Source: an uncultured Clostridia bacterium (lineage in GTDB: Bacteria > Bacillota > Clostridia > Christensenellales > HGM11417). From it: DNA of 50,048 nucleotides. Below are positions 1 to 8,620 of this stretch, in pieces. The notes beneath the pieces are model-generated. The model did not search any database, was not told where the DNA came from, and saw only the letters and a program-made list of their open reading frames with translations. Location: contig CAZPMG010000001.1 in NCBI GenBank assembly GCA_964587785.1, positions 1 to 50,048 on the forward strand, given 5' to 3'. Numbering within the stretch: the stretch's first letter is position 1; the number at the start of each line of letters is the position of its first letter. Position numbers and translations under genes: made by a program.

Positions 1-368
1 ACCAACGCGGCAAATCCGCCGGCATGACAGCCCGGCACGCACACCCTGCTTCCGCTCTCTATTAAGCTGCGGTGCGCAGGCGACAGCTCGGGAAAGCCGT
101 AAGCCCAGCCGGCCTGCGTCCTGTGCGCGGTTGAAGCGTCAATAATCCTAACACTTTTGCCGGCCAGCGACACGGATTCCCTTGCGGCGTCGTCCGGCAG
201 GCACAGTATTGTGATGTCGGAAGCGTTTATATATTCTCTGCGCGCATCGGCATCCTTCCTCAAGCTCTCCTCTGCCTTTATGAGCGTGATGTCCTGCCTG
301 CCTGAAAGCCTCTGCGCAATCCTAAGACCTGTGGTTCCCTCGCTGCCGTCGATAAAGACCTTGGGCAT
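1..368 (-). CDS. argC: N-acetyl-gamma-glutamyl-phosphate reductase, N-terminal part (gene runs off the window start)
   Basis: Hand translation of the minus strand from the ATG at 368 gives MPKVFIDGSEGTTGLRIAQRL...SRVCVPGCHAGGF. This is a short-type ArgC N-terminus with a PGC active-site Cys. It starts 2 nt after the argH stop. It is absent from the ORF track because it is truncated. Confidence 0.8.
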   Translation of the reverse strand, partial: MPKVFIDGSEGTTGLRIAQRLSGRQDITLIKAEESLRKDADARREYINASDITILCLPDDAARESVSLAGKSVRIIDASTAHRTQAGWAYGFPELSPAHRSLIESGSRVCVPGCHAGGFAAL

Positions 369-370
369 TG

Positions 371-1747
371 TCAGCCCTCCAAAAACTTTTTTACCATGTT
401 AAGCTGAGTGCGCACGGAATCCGGCGACGGGCCGCCCTGTGAATACCTGCCGTTTACGCAGGCGTCAAGGTCGATTGCCGCATAGATATCCCTTTCAAAC
501 AGCGGACTTTTGCCTTTGTAGACCTCAAAATCCAAACCGGAAAGCGTCTGTCCGTTCTGTATGCAGTGCGCCACAAGTTCGCCGGTGAGCTTGTATGCCG
601 TGCGGAACGGCATACCCTTTTTTACCAGATAGTCCGCGCAGTCCGTGGCGTTGATAAATCCGCCGTCTGCCGCGGCGCGCATATTGTCCTTTAAGACCTT
701 TGCCGTTGCTATCATGGGCGCAAACGCGCGCAGACACTGCGCTGTGGTGTCAAGGCTGTCAAAGATTGCCTCCTTGTCCTCCTGCATATCCTTGTTGTAG
801 GCAAGCGGAAGCCCCTTCATCAGCGTGAGCAGCGCAAGGTTGTTGCCGAAAACCCTGCCCGACTTGCCGCGCACAAGCTCGGCAATATCCGGGTTTTTCT
901 TTTGCGGCATAATGCTTGAGCCGGTGGAATAAGCGTCGTCAAGCTCCAAAAACTTAAATTCCCACGAGCACCAAAGTATTACCTCCTCGGCAAAGCGTGA
1001 GAGATGAACCATTATTATGGACAGCACGCCCGCGCACTCCATGCAAAAATCGCGGTCGGAAACGGCGTCAAGACTGTTTGCCGCTACGTGGGAAAACCCA
1101 AGCAATCCCGCGGCATACTCTCTGTCCGTGTTGTAAGTTGTGCCGGCGAGAGCGCAGCTGCCAAGAGGCGAGCTGTCCGTGCGCGATATGCAGCCTTTCA
1201 GCCTCTCTGCATCACGCATGAACATCATGCAGTAAGCAAGCAGATGATGCGCAAACGTGACAGGCTGCGCACGCTGAAGGTGGGTGTAACCGGGCATTAC
1301 CGCGTCAATGTTTTCCCCGGCTTTTTGGGCAAGCACTGAAACAAGTTCGTTTATAAGATCTAATATTGCCGCCGACTCACGCTTTACATACATACGCAAA
1401 TCCAGCGCAACTTGATCGTTCCTGCTGCGGGCGGTATGCAGGCGCTTGCCTGCATCGCCTATCCTTGCGGTTAGCTCTGCCTCTATAAAGGAATGAATGT
1501 CCTCCGCGCCCTTATCAATCTCAAGCGCGCCGCTGTTTAAATCGGCGAGTATGCCAAAAAGCCCGGCGACTATCGCGTCACCGTCCGCCGCGGATATAAT
1601 GCCCTGCCGCGCAAGCATCTTTGCGTGCGCGACAGAGCCTTGTATGTCCTCTGCAAACATACGGCTGTCAAAGCTTATTGAGGAATTAAAATCGTTTACA
1701 TCGCCGCTGAGCTGCTTGTTAAAGCGCCCCGCCCAAATTTTATCCAT
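371..1747 (-). CDS. argH: Argininosuccinate lyase
   Basis: 458 aa. N-terminus MDKIWAGRFNK..., GSSIMPQKKNPD fumarate-lyase signature, and arg gene context. Confidence 0.95.
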   Translation of the reverse strand: MDKIWAGRFNKQLSGDVNDFNSSISFDSRMFAEDIQGSVAHAKMLARQGIISAADGDAIVAGLFGILADLNSGALEIDKGAEDIHSFIEAELTARIGDAGKRLHTARSRNDQVALDLRMYVKRESAAILDLINELVSVLAQKAGENIDAVMPGYTHLQRAQPVTFAHHLLAYCMMFMRDAERLKGCISRTDSSPLGSCALAGTTYNTDREYAAGLLGFSHVAANSLDAVSDRDFCMECAGVLSIIMVHLSRFAEEVILWCSWEFKFLELDDAYSTGSSIMPQKKNPDIAELVRGKSGRVFGNNLALLTLMKGLPLAYNKDMQEDKEAIFDSLDTTAQCLRAFAPMIATAKVLKDNMRAAADGGFINATDCADYLVKKGMPFRTAYKLTGELVAHCIQNGQTLSGLDFEVYKGKSPLFERDIYAAIDLDACVNGRYSQGGPSPDSVRTQLNMVKKFLEG

Positions 1748-1894
1748 ATGTTTCCCTGCAGGTACTTATACCTGCGCACAGCTGCATATTGCTTGCAAAT
1801 AAAATCATTCAGTTACTGCAATGGCCGTCATAATTGTTATACATTACTTATGCATACCTAAATCAAATGGTAAATCAATTTGATGAATATATGC

Positions 1895-3115
1895 TTATTT
1901 TAATACCTTGAGGTCTGACAGCGCCTGCACCTTTACCGGCAGTCCGAACAGGTTGATAAAGCCCTCGGAATCCTTTTGGTCGTATACGTCGTCCGCGCCG
2001 AATGTGGCGATTTCCTCAGAATACAGGCTGAAAGGACTTTTTGCTCCGGCATAGGTGACGTTGCCCTTGTATAGCTTTAACTTAACCTCGCCGGTGACGC
2101 GCTGCTGCGTGTTGTCCACAAACGCCGAGAGCGCCTCTCTGAGCGGAGTGTACCACTGGCCGTTGTACACAAGCTCGGAAAACCTGATTGCAAGCTGGTG
2201 CTTGTAATGCTGCGTGTCGCGGTCAAGGCAGAGCGCCTCAAGCGCCTCGTGTGCGGCATACAAAATTGTGCCGCCGGGGGTTTCATACACACCCCTGCTC
2301 TTCATGCCCACAAGCCTGTTTTCCACAAGGTCGGCAATGCCCACGCCGTTTTTGCCGCCGATTTTATTGAGTGCGGTAATCAGCTCAATGCCGTCCATAG
2401 CCTTGCCGTCAATACTCACGGGAATACCCTTTTCAAAGCCTATCATAACGTATTCGGGTTTGTCGGGCGCGCGCTCGGGCGATACGCCAAGCTCAAGTAT
2501 CTTGTCAAGCTGCGGCTCGTTTGCAGGGTTCTCAAGGTCCATGCCCTCATGCGACAAGTGCCACAGGTTTTTATCCTTGGAATAGTTGGTTTCACGGGTT
2601 ATGGGCAGCGGTATGCCGCGCTCAATTGCATAATCTATTTCGTCGTCACGGCTCTTAAGCTCCCATATGCGCCAGGGCGCGATTATCTTCATGTTGGGCG
2701 CAAACGCTTTGATTGTAAGCTCAAAGCGCACCTGGTCGTTGCCCTTGCCCGTGCAGCCGTGCGCAATTGCGTCCGCGCCTTCCTTTAGGGCAATTTCAAC
2801 TATGCGCTTGGCAATCACAGGACGTGCAAACGATGTGCCCAGCAGGTATTTTTGCTCGTACTTTGCGCCGGCTTTCAGCGTGGGGAAAATAAAGTCCTCA
2901 ACAAACTCTTTGCGCAAGTCCTCAATGTACAATTTGGACGCGCCGGTTTTTATTGCCTTTTCCTCAAGGCCGGTAAGCTCTGCCCCCTGCCCGACGTCAG
3001 CGGCAACCGCGACCACCTCGCAGCCGTAATTTTCCTTGAGCCAAGGTATGATTATTGAGGTATCCAGCCCGCCCGAATAGGCAAGCACTACTTTTTTGAA
3101 AGAGTTTTTTTCCAT
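1895..3115 (-). CDS. argG: Argininosuccinate synthase
   Basis: [12 protein letters not shown]-pyrophosphatase motif. The ORF-track start at 3130 is a GTG. The ATG at 3115 (MEKNSFKK) has a GAGGA SD 8 nt upstream. Confidence 0.95.
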   Translation of the reverse strand: MEKNSFKKVVLAYSGGLDTSIIIPWLKENYGCEVVAVAADVGQGAELTGLEEKAIKTGASKLYIEDLRKEFVEDFIFPTLKAGAKYEQKYLLGTSFARPVIAKRIVEIALKEGADAIAHGCTGKGNDQVRFELTIKAFAPNMKIIAPWRIWELKSRDDEIDYAIERGIPLPITRETNYSKDKNLWHLSHEGMDLENPANEPQLDKILELGVSPERAPDKPEYVMIGFEKGIPVSIDGKAMDGIELITALNKIGGKNGVGIADLVENRLVGMKSRGVYETPGGTILYAAHEALEALCLDRDTQHYKHQLAIRFSELVYNGQWYTPLREALSAFVDNTQQRVTGEVKLKLYKGNVTYAGAKSPFSLYSEEIATFGADDVYDQKDSEGFINLFGLPVKVQALSDLKVLK

Positions 3116-3156
3116 TTTTGTATTCCTCACTGCTTAATTTAAAAAATATTAGCATA

Positions 3157-3185
3157 ATTATACCGCCTTAAACGCCCAAAGTCAA
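3157..3185 (-). promoter_or_regulatory. Sigma-A-type promoter of argG (TTGACT-N17-TATAAT on the minus strand)
   Basis: The plus strand has agtcaa at 3180-3185 and attata at 3157-3162 with an exact 17-nt spacer, about 40 nt upstream of the argG ATG. Confidence 0.6.
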
Positions 3186-3186
3186 C

Positions 3187-3228
3187 TAATTATGCATAAT
3201 TAATTTATAATGTGTATAAAAATACATT
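3187..3228. promoter_or_regulatory. Candidate tandem ARG boxes (ArgR/AhrC operator) abutting the argG -35
   Basis: TGTATAAAAATACA (3213-3226) is a near-perfect ARG-box-like palindrome. TGCATAATTAATTT (3193-3206) is a half-good second box 20 nt away. The perfect 16-bp palindrome TAATTATGCATAATTA (3187-3202) overlaps it. Confidence 0.5.
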
Positions 3229-3360
3229 AAGTATTCTTGCCGCGGCATAAGCGTTTTAATATGATAAAAATTTAATGCGCTTGTTTATGGCAGCTGTTAT
3301 TCCTAAGCCGCACGATATAAACCGTTTAAAACTGCCTGCCGCTGTCCCTCATTCTTATTG

Positions 3361-3389
3361 TTGACAAAACACACTTAATATTTTATCAT
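3361..3389 (+). promoter_or_regulatory. Candidate promoter for the flavin-reductase-like gene (TTGACA-N17-TATCAT)
   Basis: ttgaca at 3361-3366, a 17-nt spacer, and tatcat at 3384-3389. Confidence 0.45.
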
Positions 3390-3477
3390 ATTTAAAAAGA
3401 AATTCAAAGTTCGTATAGCTATTTTTGTTTTTACACTCAAAAATTTATAGTTCAAACAATGATTTTTAGGAGTTAAT

Positions 3478-4047
3478 ATGCCAAAGGTTACATTAAAGGG
3501 CGGCACGCTGCTTGCGCCTATGCCCGCAGCACTTGTCAGCTGCGGAGATATGGAAAATTCCAACCTCATTACCGTTGCGTGGACGGGCATAATCAACAGC
3601 GCGCCCCCGCGCACATATATCTCCGTGCGTCCGGAGAGATATTCGCATGAGATAATAAGCAGAACCGGTGAGTTTGTAATAAATCTTACCACTGAAAAGT
3701 TAGCGCACGCCACAGACTATTGCGGCGTAAAATCGGGCAGGGATATGGACAAATTTGAAGTGTCAGGGCTCAGCAAGTTGCCCGCGCATACGGTAAAATG
3801 CCCCATTGTAGCAGAGAGCCCGCTTGCGCTTGAATGCCGGGTATTTGATGTGATAAAGCTTGGCTCGCACGATATGTTTTTGGCCGACATACTCAGCGTG
3901 CAGGCAGACAGCGCGCTGATGAGCGGCTCGGGCAGGCTTGAGCTTGACAGAGCCGGTCTTATGTGTTATCTGCACGGCGAATATTTTTCCATGGGCAAAA
4001 AACTGGGCAAGTTCGGATATACCGTGGCAAAGAAAAAGAAAAAATAG
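3478..4047 (+). CDS. Flavin reductase-like (flavoredoxin family) domain protein
   Basis: 189 aa. P-x-P-x-x-LVS...N-x-x-T-x-AW pattern (LAPMPAALVSCGD...NLITVAWTG) typical of FMN-binding split-barrel flavin reductases. AGGAG SD upstream. Confidence 0.75.
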   Translation: MPKVTLKGGTLLAPMPAALVSCGDMENSNLITVAWTGIINSAPPRTYISVRPERYSHEIISRTGEFVINLTTEKLAHATDYCGVKSGRDMDKFEVSGLSKLPAHTVKCPIVAESPLALECRVFDVIKLGSHDMFLADILSVQADSALMSGSGRLELDRAGLMCYLHGEYFSMGKKLGKFGYTVAKKKKK

Positions 4048-4078
4048 ATACACTACACATTTAAATGGATATTTAAAA

Positions 4079-4106
4079 AGCTACCGGCTAAGTCGGTAGC
4101 TTTTTT
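4079..4106. terminator. Bidirectional intrinsic terminator between convergent genes
   Basis: AGCTACCG / CGGTAGCT 8-bp stem with a 7-nt loop. AAAAA lies upstream and TTTTTT downstream. Confidence 0.75.
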
Positions 4107-4216
4107 ATACAAAGATATGGGAATGTCAATTATGAATCTGTCGATAGATACAACCTTTTTTGTGTATTGCCGCAACTATACTTAATTGACTGTATAATTC
4201 AAAGAGATTAAGCTTG

Positions 4217-5773
4217 TCAGACGCGAAGGAATGATATGTTTATCTGCGTATCCTCGGTGTCAATCTGCTTTTCCGGTATTGGAGTGAGCGCGCTGTAGTC
4301 GCCGTCTGCGCCGGCGGCATCAAGCTGCGCGATTAGGTTTTCAAAGTCGTTGCCGCCAAGCTCGCCGTCCAGCGATTGCGCTAAGGGCAAGAACGCGCTG
4401 TAGGCGGACACGTCCGACCCGTCAAACAGCTGCGTGAGCGCGGAAAGCACCGCCTGTCTTTGCTCGTCTGAGAGCATGGTTTCAAACTCAAAAAATTCAA
4501 ACAGCGCCTCCGCCTTTTGCTCGGAGGTCATTTCTTCGGTTATTATGCCCGAATCGTAAAGCTGCGACATGATATCAATTTCTTCCTCATATGCCGGCAA
4601 AGCCAAGTCGCCCATGGGGGTTTCTGCTGTAACAGAAACTTTTATACTAACAATGCCCGACTTAAACCCTAAGCTTATTACAATATTTTTGAGGCTGCTG
4701 TTGGAGCTTGCAAGCCCCTCTAACAGGTCTAACAATTCGGACGCGTCCCCGGATTCTTCAAGCAGCCACTCAAAGTCCTCTGCCTTCGGCTGATACCTGT
4801 AGCCGGGCGCAGATGTTACGGTTATGCTCAAATCCGGCTGCTGCTCTGTGCGGTTGACATAGTGCCTTATTACCACTGTGCCGCCGCCGGCAAGGGGGTT
4901 CTCCGGCTCAAGCTGGCCGGTATGCTTGAGTGAAACCTTGAGCTCATAAGCCGGGTCATCGTCAGGCGACTGCGGCGCATTTATATTGTTTGCCGCTACC
5001 GTGCCGCCGGAAACCACAAAGGTCAGCGCGCCGCCTGTCTTTGCCGCCTCATCCGCATCCGCAAGCGCTACACTTCCGCCGAGTACGTTTATCCTCGCCG
5101 CGCTGCCTGTCGCCGTAAAGCTTTTTACCTCTAACTTTTGCCACTGCCCTGCGATTATATCAAGCTGAACCTGATAGTTTGCCCCAGACGGGTTTGTAAT
5201 CACCGCGCTGCCTATCTCTGTGGAAGAGCCCGCAACCTCTGCGCGCACAGCCGCTGTGCCGCCGGACGGCAGGTTGCCGGGCTGCAGAGTAAGCTCGGCT
5301 ATCTGTGCGTTTGAAAAGCGTACATAGCCGTACCCCAGCTTGACAGACTGCGCGCTTACCTTGGCGAAAAAACCGGATGAGTCCTGAGGGCTTACGCGCA
5401 GCAGCACTGAACTTGCGGTTATTTCAGCGTGTATGCCCCACTGCGTATAAGGGGTGTCTATGGTGAAAGAATTGCTCTCGATGCTGCCGCCGGTTACAGA
5501 GGCAGTACCTATGTATGTAAAATCCTGTATGGTCAGCTTGCCGCTTACCTTGAGTTTGTGCCCGTTAAGGTCAATATTGACGGCGCGCAGCTGCAGATCG
5601 CCCTGCACGGTGATGTCGCCGTGCAGCTGTACGGTCTGGCCGGAGGCCGCGTCTTTCAGCTTATCAAGCGTGTCGTCGTTGTTGTCATCACCGTTGCAGC
5701 CGTATAGAAACACGCCCGCACACGCAATGAGCAGCAGCGCAAGCAGCACCGCTCGAAAACTTGGCTTAAACAT
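4217..5773 (-). CDS. Hypothetical secreted protein or lipoprotein (no family recognised)
   Basis: 518 aa. Signal peptide MFKPSFRAVLLALLLIAC with a lipobox-like LIAC (or LYGC). Strong SD AAGGAGGG. Ser/Gly/Thr/Val-rich central region and a very acidic C-terminal third. Confidence 0.7.
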   Translation of the reverse strand: MFKPSFRAVLLALLLIACAGVFLYGCNGDDNNDDTLDKLKDAASGQTVQLHGDITVQGDLQLRAVNIDLNGHKLKVSGKLTIQDFTYIGTASVTGGSIESNSFTIDTPYTQWGIHAEITASSVLLRVSPQDSSGFFAKVSAQSVKLGYGYVRFSNAQIAELTLQPGNLPSGGTAAVRAEVAGSSTEIGSAVITNPSGANYQVQLDIIAGQWQKLEVKSFTATGSAARINVLGGSVALADADEAAKTGGALTFVVSGGTVAANNINAPQSPDDDPAYELKVSLKHTGQLEPENPLAGGGTVVIRHYVNRTEQQPDLSITVTSAPGYRYQPKAEDFEWLLEESGDASELLDLLEGLASSNSSLKNIVISLGFKSGIVSIKVSVTAETPMGDLALPAYEEEIDIMSQLYDSGIITEEMTSEQKAEALFEFFEFETMLSDEQRQAVLSALTQLFDGSDVSAYSAFLPLAQSLDGELGGNDFENLIAQLDAAGADGDYSALTPIPEKQIDTEDTQINISFLRV

Positions 5774-5949
5774 ACAATTTCCCTCCTTGCAAACTTAAAT
5801 TACGCCGCGGATATTTCAAAAAACGGCGGCTTTAATACTATAAAAGCAAAGGTTCAAATATAACCGGCAGAGCCTGTAAAAGCTCTTTTGCACGGGCAAT
5901 TGAATATGAAAGCAACGCGGGCAGCTTGTGACGCGATGGTTTTAGGACG

Positions 5950-7155
5950 TTACAGAGCCGATGCCACCGCCTGTAAAAACGCGCGTGAATCAAGTGCCTC
6001 GGCAGTTACTCCCTCGCGGCTAAACAGCCCCACCAAATCCTTGGTCATCTTTCCGCCGGCAATGGTTTCCAGGCAGGCATTTTCTAAGCGTAAAGCAAAA
6101 TCACACAGCTCAGGCGTGCCGTCAAGCTCGCCCCTCTTTTTGAGCGCGCCCGTCCAGGCAAATATTGTCGCCACAGGGTTTGTGGAGGTCTGCTTTCCCT
6201 CTAAATAATTGTAATAATGGCGGGTTACCGTGCCGTGCGCAGCCTCGTATTCAAACGCGCCGCCGGGAGATACCAACACGGAAGTCATCATTGCAAGGCT
6301 GCCGTATGCCGTCGCCACCATGTCGCTCATTACATCGCCGTCATAGTTTTTGCACGCCCAGATAAAGCCGCCGCTGCTGCGCACAACGCGCGCCACGGCA
6401 TCGTCTATCAGCGTATACATATACTCTATGCCCGCAGATTCAAAGCGTTTACTGTATTCCTCTTGATAAATTTCCGCAAATATGTCCTTGAAGCGGTGGT
6501 CGTAAACCTTGCTTATCGTGTCCTTGGTGGCAAACCAAAGGTCAAGCTTTGACTGCAGCGCATAGTTAAAGCACGAGCGCGCAAAGCTCTTGATTGATGC
6601 GTCGGTGTTGTGCATGGCCATGGCAATGCCTCCGCCGCCTTTAAAGTCAAACACCTTGTGCCGCTCGGTGACCTCTCCGCCGCGCGATATGACAAGCTCT
6701 GCCTCGTGCCCCTCGGGAACCATGGCTTCCGCACCCTTGTATACGTCGCCGTAAGCGTGCCTGGCAATAACTATGGGGCTTGTCCATGCCGGGATATACG
6801 GAGTGATGCCCGGCACAATTATTGGTGCGCGGAACACCGTTCCGTCCAGCATGGCGCGGATTGTGGCATTGGGGCTCTTGTACATAGCCTTGAGCTTGTA
6901 TTCGTCCATGCGCTGGGCGTTGGGAGTGATAGTGGCGCACTTTACCGCCACGCCCAAACGCTCTGCCGCCCGCGCGCTTTCCGCGGTGACCCTGTCGTCC
7001 GTTTCGTCGCGGTTTTTAAGCCCCAAGTCATAATATTCAGTCTTTAAATCCACATGGGGAAGTATGAGTATTTCCTTTATCCATTGCCAGAGCACCCTCG
7101 TCATCTCGTCCCCGTCCATTTCAACCAGAGGGGTTTTCATAAAAATTTTAGCCAT
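5950..7155 (-). CDS. icd: NADP-dependent isocitrate dehydrogenase (about 400-aa, eukaryote-like subfamily)
   Basis: N-terminus [15 protein letters not shown], then TITPN, NYDGDV and the overall IDH1/2-like pattern. Confidence 0.9.
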   Translation of the reverse strand: MAKIFMKTPLVEMDGDEMTRVLWQWIKEILILPHVDLKTEYYDLGLKNRDETDDRVTAESARAAERLGVAVKCATITPNAQRMDEYKLKAMYKSPNATIRAMLDGTVFRAPIIVPGITPYIPAWTSPIVIARHAYGDVYKGAEAMVPEGHEAELVISRGGEVTERHKVFDFKGGGGIAMAMHNTDASIKSFARSCFNYALQSKLDLWFATKDTISKVYDHRFKDIFAEIYQEEYSKRFESAGIEYMYTLIDDAVARVVRSSGGFIWACKNYDGDVMSDMVATAYGSLAMMTSVLVSPGGAFEYEAAHGTVTRHYYNYLEGKQTSTNPVATIFAWTGALKKRGELDGTPELCDFALRLENACLETIAGGKMTKDLVGLFSREGVTAEALDSRAFLQAVASAL

Positions 7156-7228
7156 TAAAACCTCGTATCCTTAAACTTTTACAGGCGTTTGCCCGCTCTT
7201 TTGCAATGAGCTTTCAACATTAAGTATA

Positions 7229-8383
7229 TCAAATTTCCTCGTATTTTGCAATTGTTTTTCCAGACGGCACATAGGCGGTCAGCACGTCTGACGCGTATGC
7301 GTGCTTGAGCGCTCTGCGCATGGAAAAATCGCGCTCTGCCTGAGTTATCATTATATCTATCAGCTCGCGGTAGCCTATGCCCTCCAGCCGCCACAGATAG
7401 TACGCAAGGCTGCCGGGTATGGTGTTTACCTCGTTCAGATACAGCCGGCCGTCCTTGAGCAAAAAGTCCGCGCGCACCACTCCGCCCAAGCCAAGCAGCC
7501 TGTACGCCTGCGCGGTTATGCGCTTTACTTCGAGCGCCGTTTCGGCCGGTACATCTGCCGGAAACCTCTTTTTCTCCGTGCCGTGCTTTGCGCCGCCTCT
7601 GTATTTATCGTCAAATGTGAGTATCTCGTTTACGGTAAGCGGCTGCTCCAGCGCACTTGTCAGCACCTGTCCGCCGCAGCTGAGCGCCGCGCAGTTCAGC
7701 TCGGTAAAATCGGAAAGCGCAGGCTCGACAAGCGCGCGAAGGTCAAAGGAAAACGCCGTCGCGAGCGCTTCTTTGAGTTCGGCGGCATCCTTTGCTATGC
7801 CTATGCCTATGGATGAACCGAGGTTTGCCGGCTTAACTATTGCGGGAAAGCCGATTTTTTTCTCTATCTCCAGCACCGCGCCGTCCTCGTCGCTTTCAAA
7901 GGCTTCCTTCTCTGCGCTTATAAAGTTAAGCTGCGAAACGCCCGCGCCCGCAAGCAGGCGCTTTGTCATTACCTTATCCATGCCGCACGCAGAACCGAAA
8001 ACGCCGCTGCCGGTGTATGGGATATGGCAGAGCTGCAAAAGCCCCTGCAGGCTGCCGTCCTCTCCGTTTAAACCGTGCGTGCAGAGCACAGCGCAGTGTA
8101 TGCGGCAAAGCTCTTTGAGCCGTGCGCCCTTTTTTATGTATAGACGGTTGCTGCCGGGTATCACGCACGCCCCGCGCACATCTTTTACCCGTCCGATGTC
8201 TGCGGCTTTATAGACGCTCATATCCAGCAGCGCACTGCCTGTGTGCCAGCTGCCCAAGCGGTCTATGTATACGGGCAGCAGCCTGTGCGCGGCGCTAAGC
8301 GCCCTGCACGCCGACACCCCGGTGATTATGGATATATCGTGTTCGCAGCTAACGCCGCCGAAAATTACGGCAATATTTTTCAT
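7229..8383 (-). CDS. ddl: D-alanine--D-alanine ligase
   Basis: N-terminus MKNIAVIFGGVSCEHDISIITG, an ATP-grasp body and C-terminal LNEVNTIPG. AGGAGG SD. Confidence 0.92.
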   Translation of the reverse strand: MKNIAVIFGGVSCEHDISIITGVSACRALSAAHRLLPVYIDRLGSWHTGSALLDMSVYKAADIGRVKDVRGACVIPGSNRLYIKKGARLKELCRIHCAVLCTHGLNGEDGSLQGLLQLCHIPYTGSGVFGSACGMDKVMTKRLLAGAGVSQLNFISAEKEAFESDEDGAVLEIEKKIGFPAIVKPANLGSSIGIGIAKDAAELKEALATAFSFDLRALVEPALSDFTELNCAALSCGGQVLTSALEQPLTVNEILTFDDKYRGGAKHGTEKKRFPADVPAETALEVKRITAQAYRLLGLGGVVRADFLLKDGRLYLNEVNTIPGSLAYYLWRLEGIGYRELIDIMITQAERDFSMRRALKHAYASDVLTAYVPSGKTIAKYEEI

Positions 8384-8620
8384 GAAAGAAGCCTCCTGTC
8401 AGCCTTTGTTTCCCCGGACGGACTGCCGGGTTATGCTTGGGAATCGGGGCACGGTATTGCCGGAAGCTTTCATAAGTGTATGTACAAAACCGGTTAACCC
8501 GGCGGAGTACAAGCAAATTGTAAATGTATAAATTTTTTATATTATTATATGATTATAGGCGGATTACATTGCCATAGACCAAATATACGCCGGACATAAG
8601 GCGCAACACAAGGTAAGTTG

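Noticed and set aside
157-402. 81-aa plus-strand ORF from the track at the window start
   Set aside because: It is antisense to a much better minus-strand reading frame that translates as the ArgC N-terminus (ATG at 368). It also starts with TTG and has no SD.
1748-1894. Second ARG box or internal promoter in the 147-nt argG-argH gap (TGCATAAGTAATGTAT, and the ATCAATTTGAT palindrome)
   Set aside because: Only one half-site is good and no acceptable -35/-10 pair could be placed. It is probably just an intercistronic spacer.
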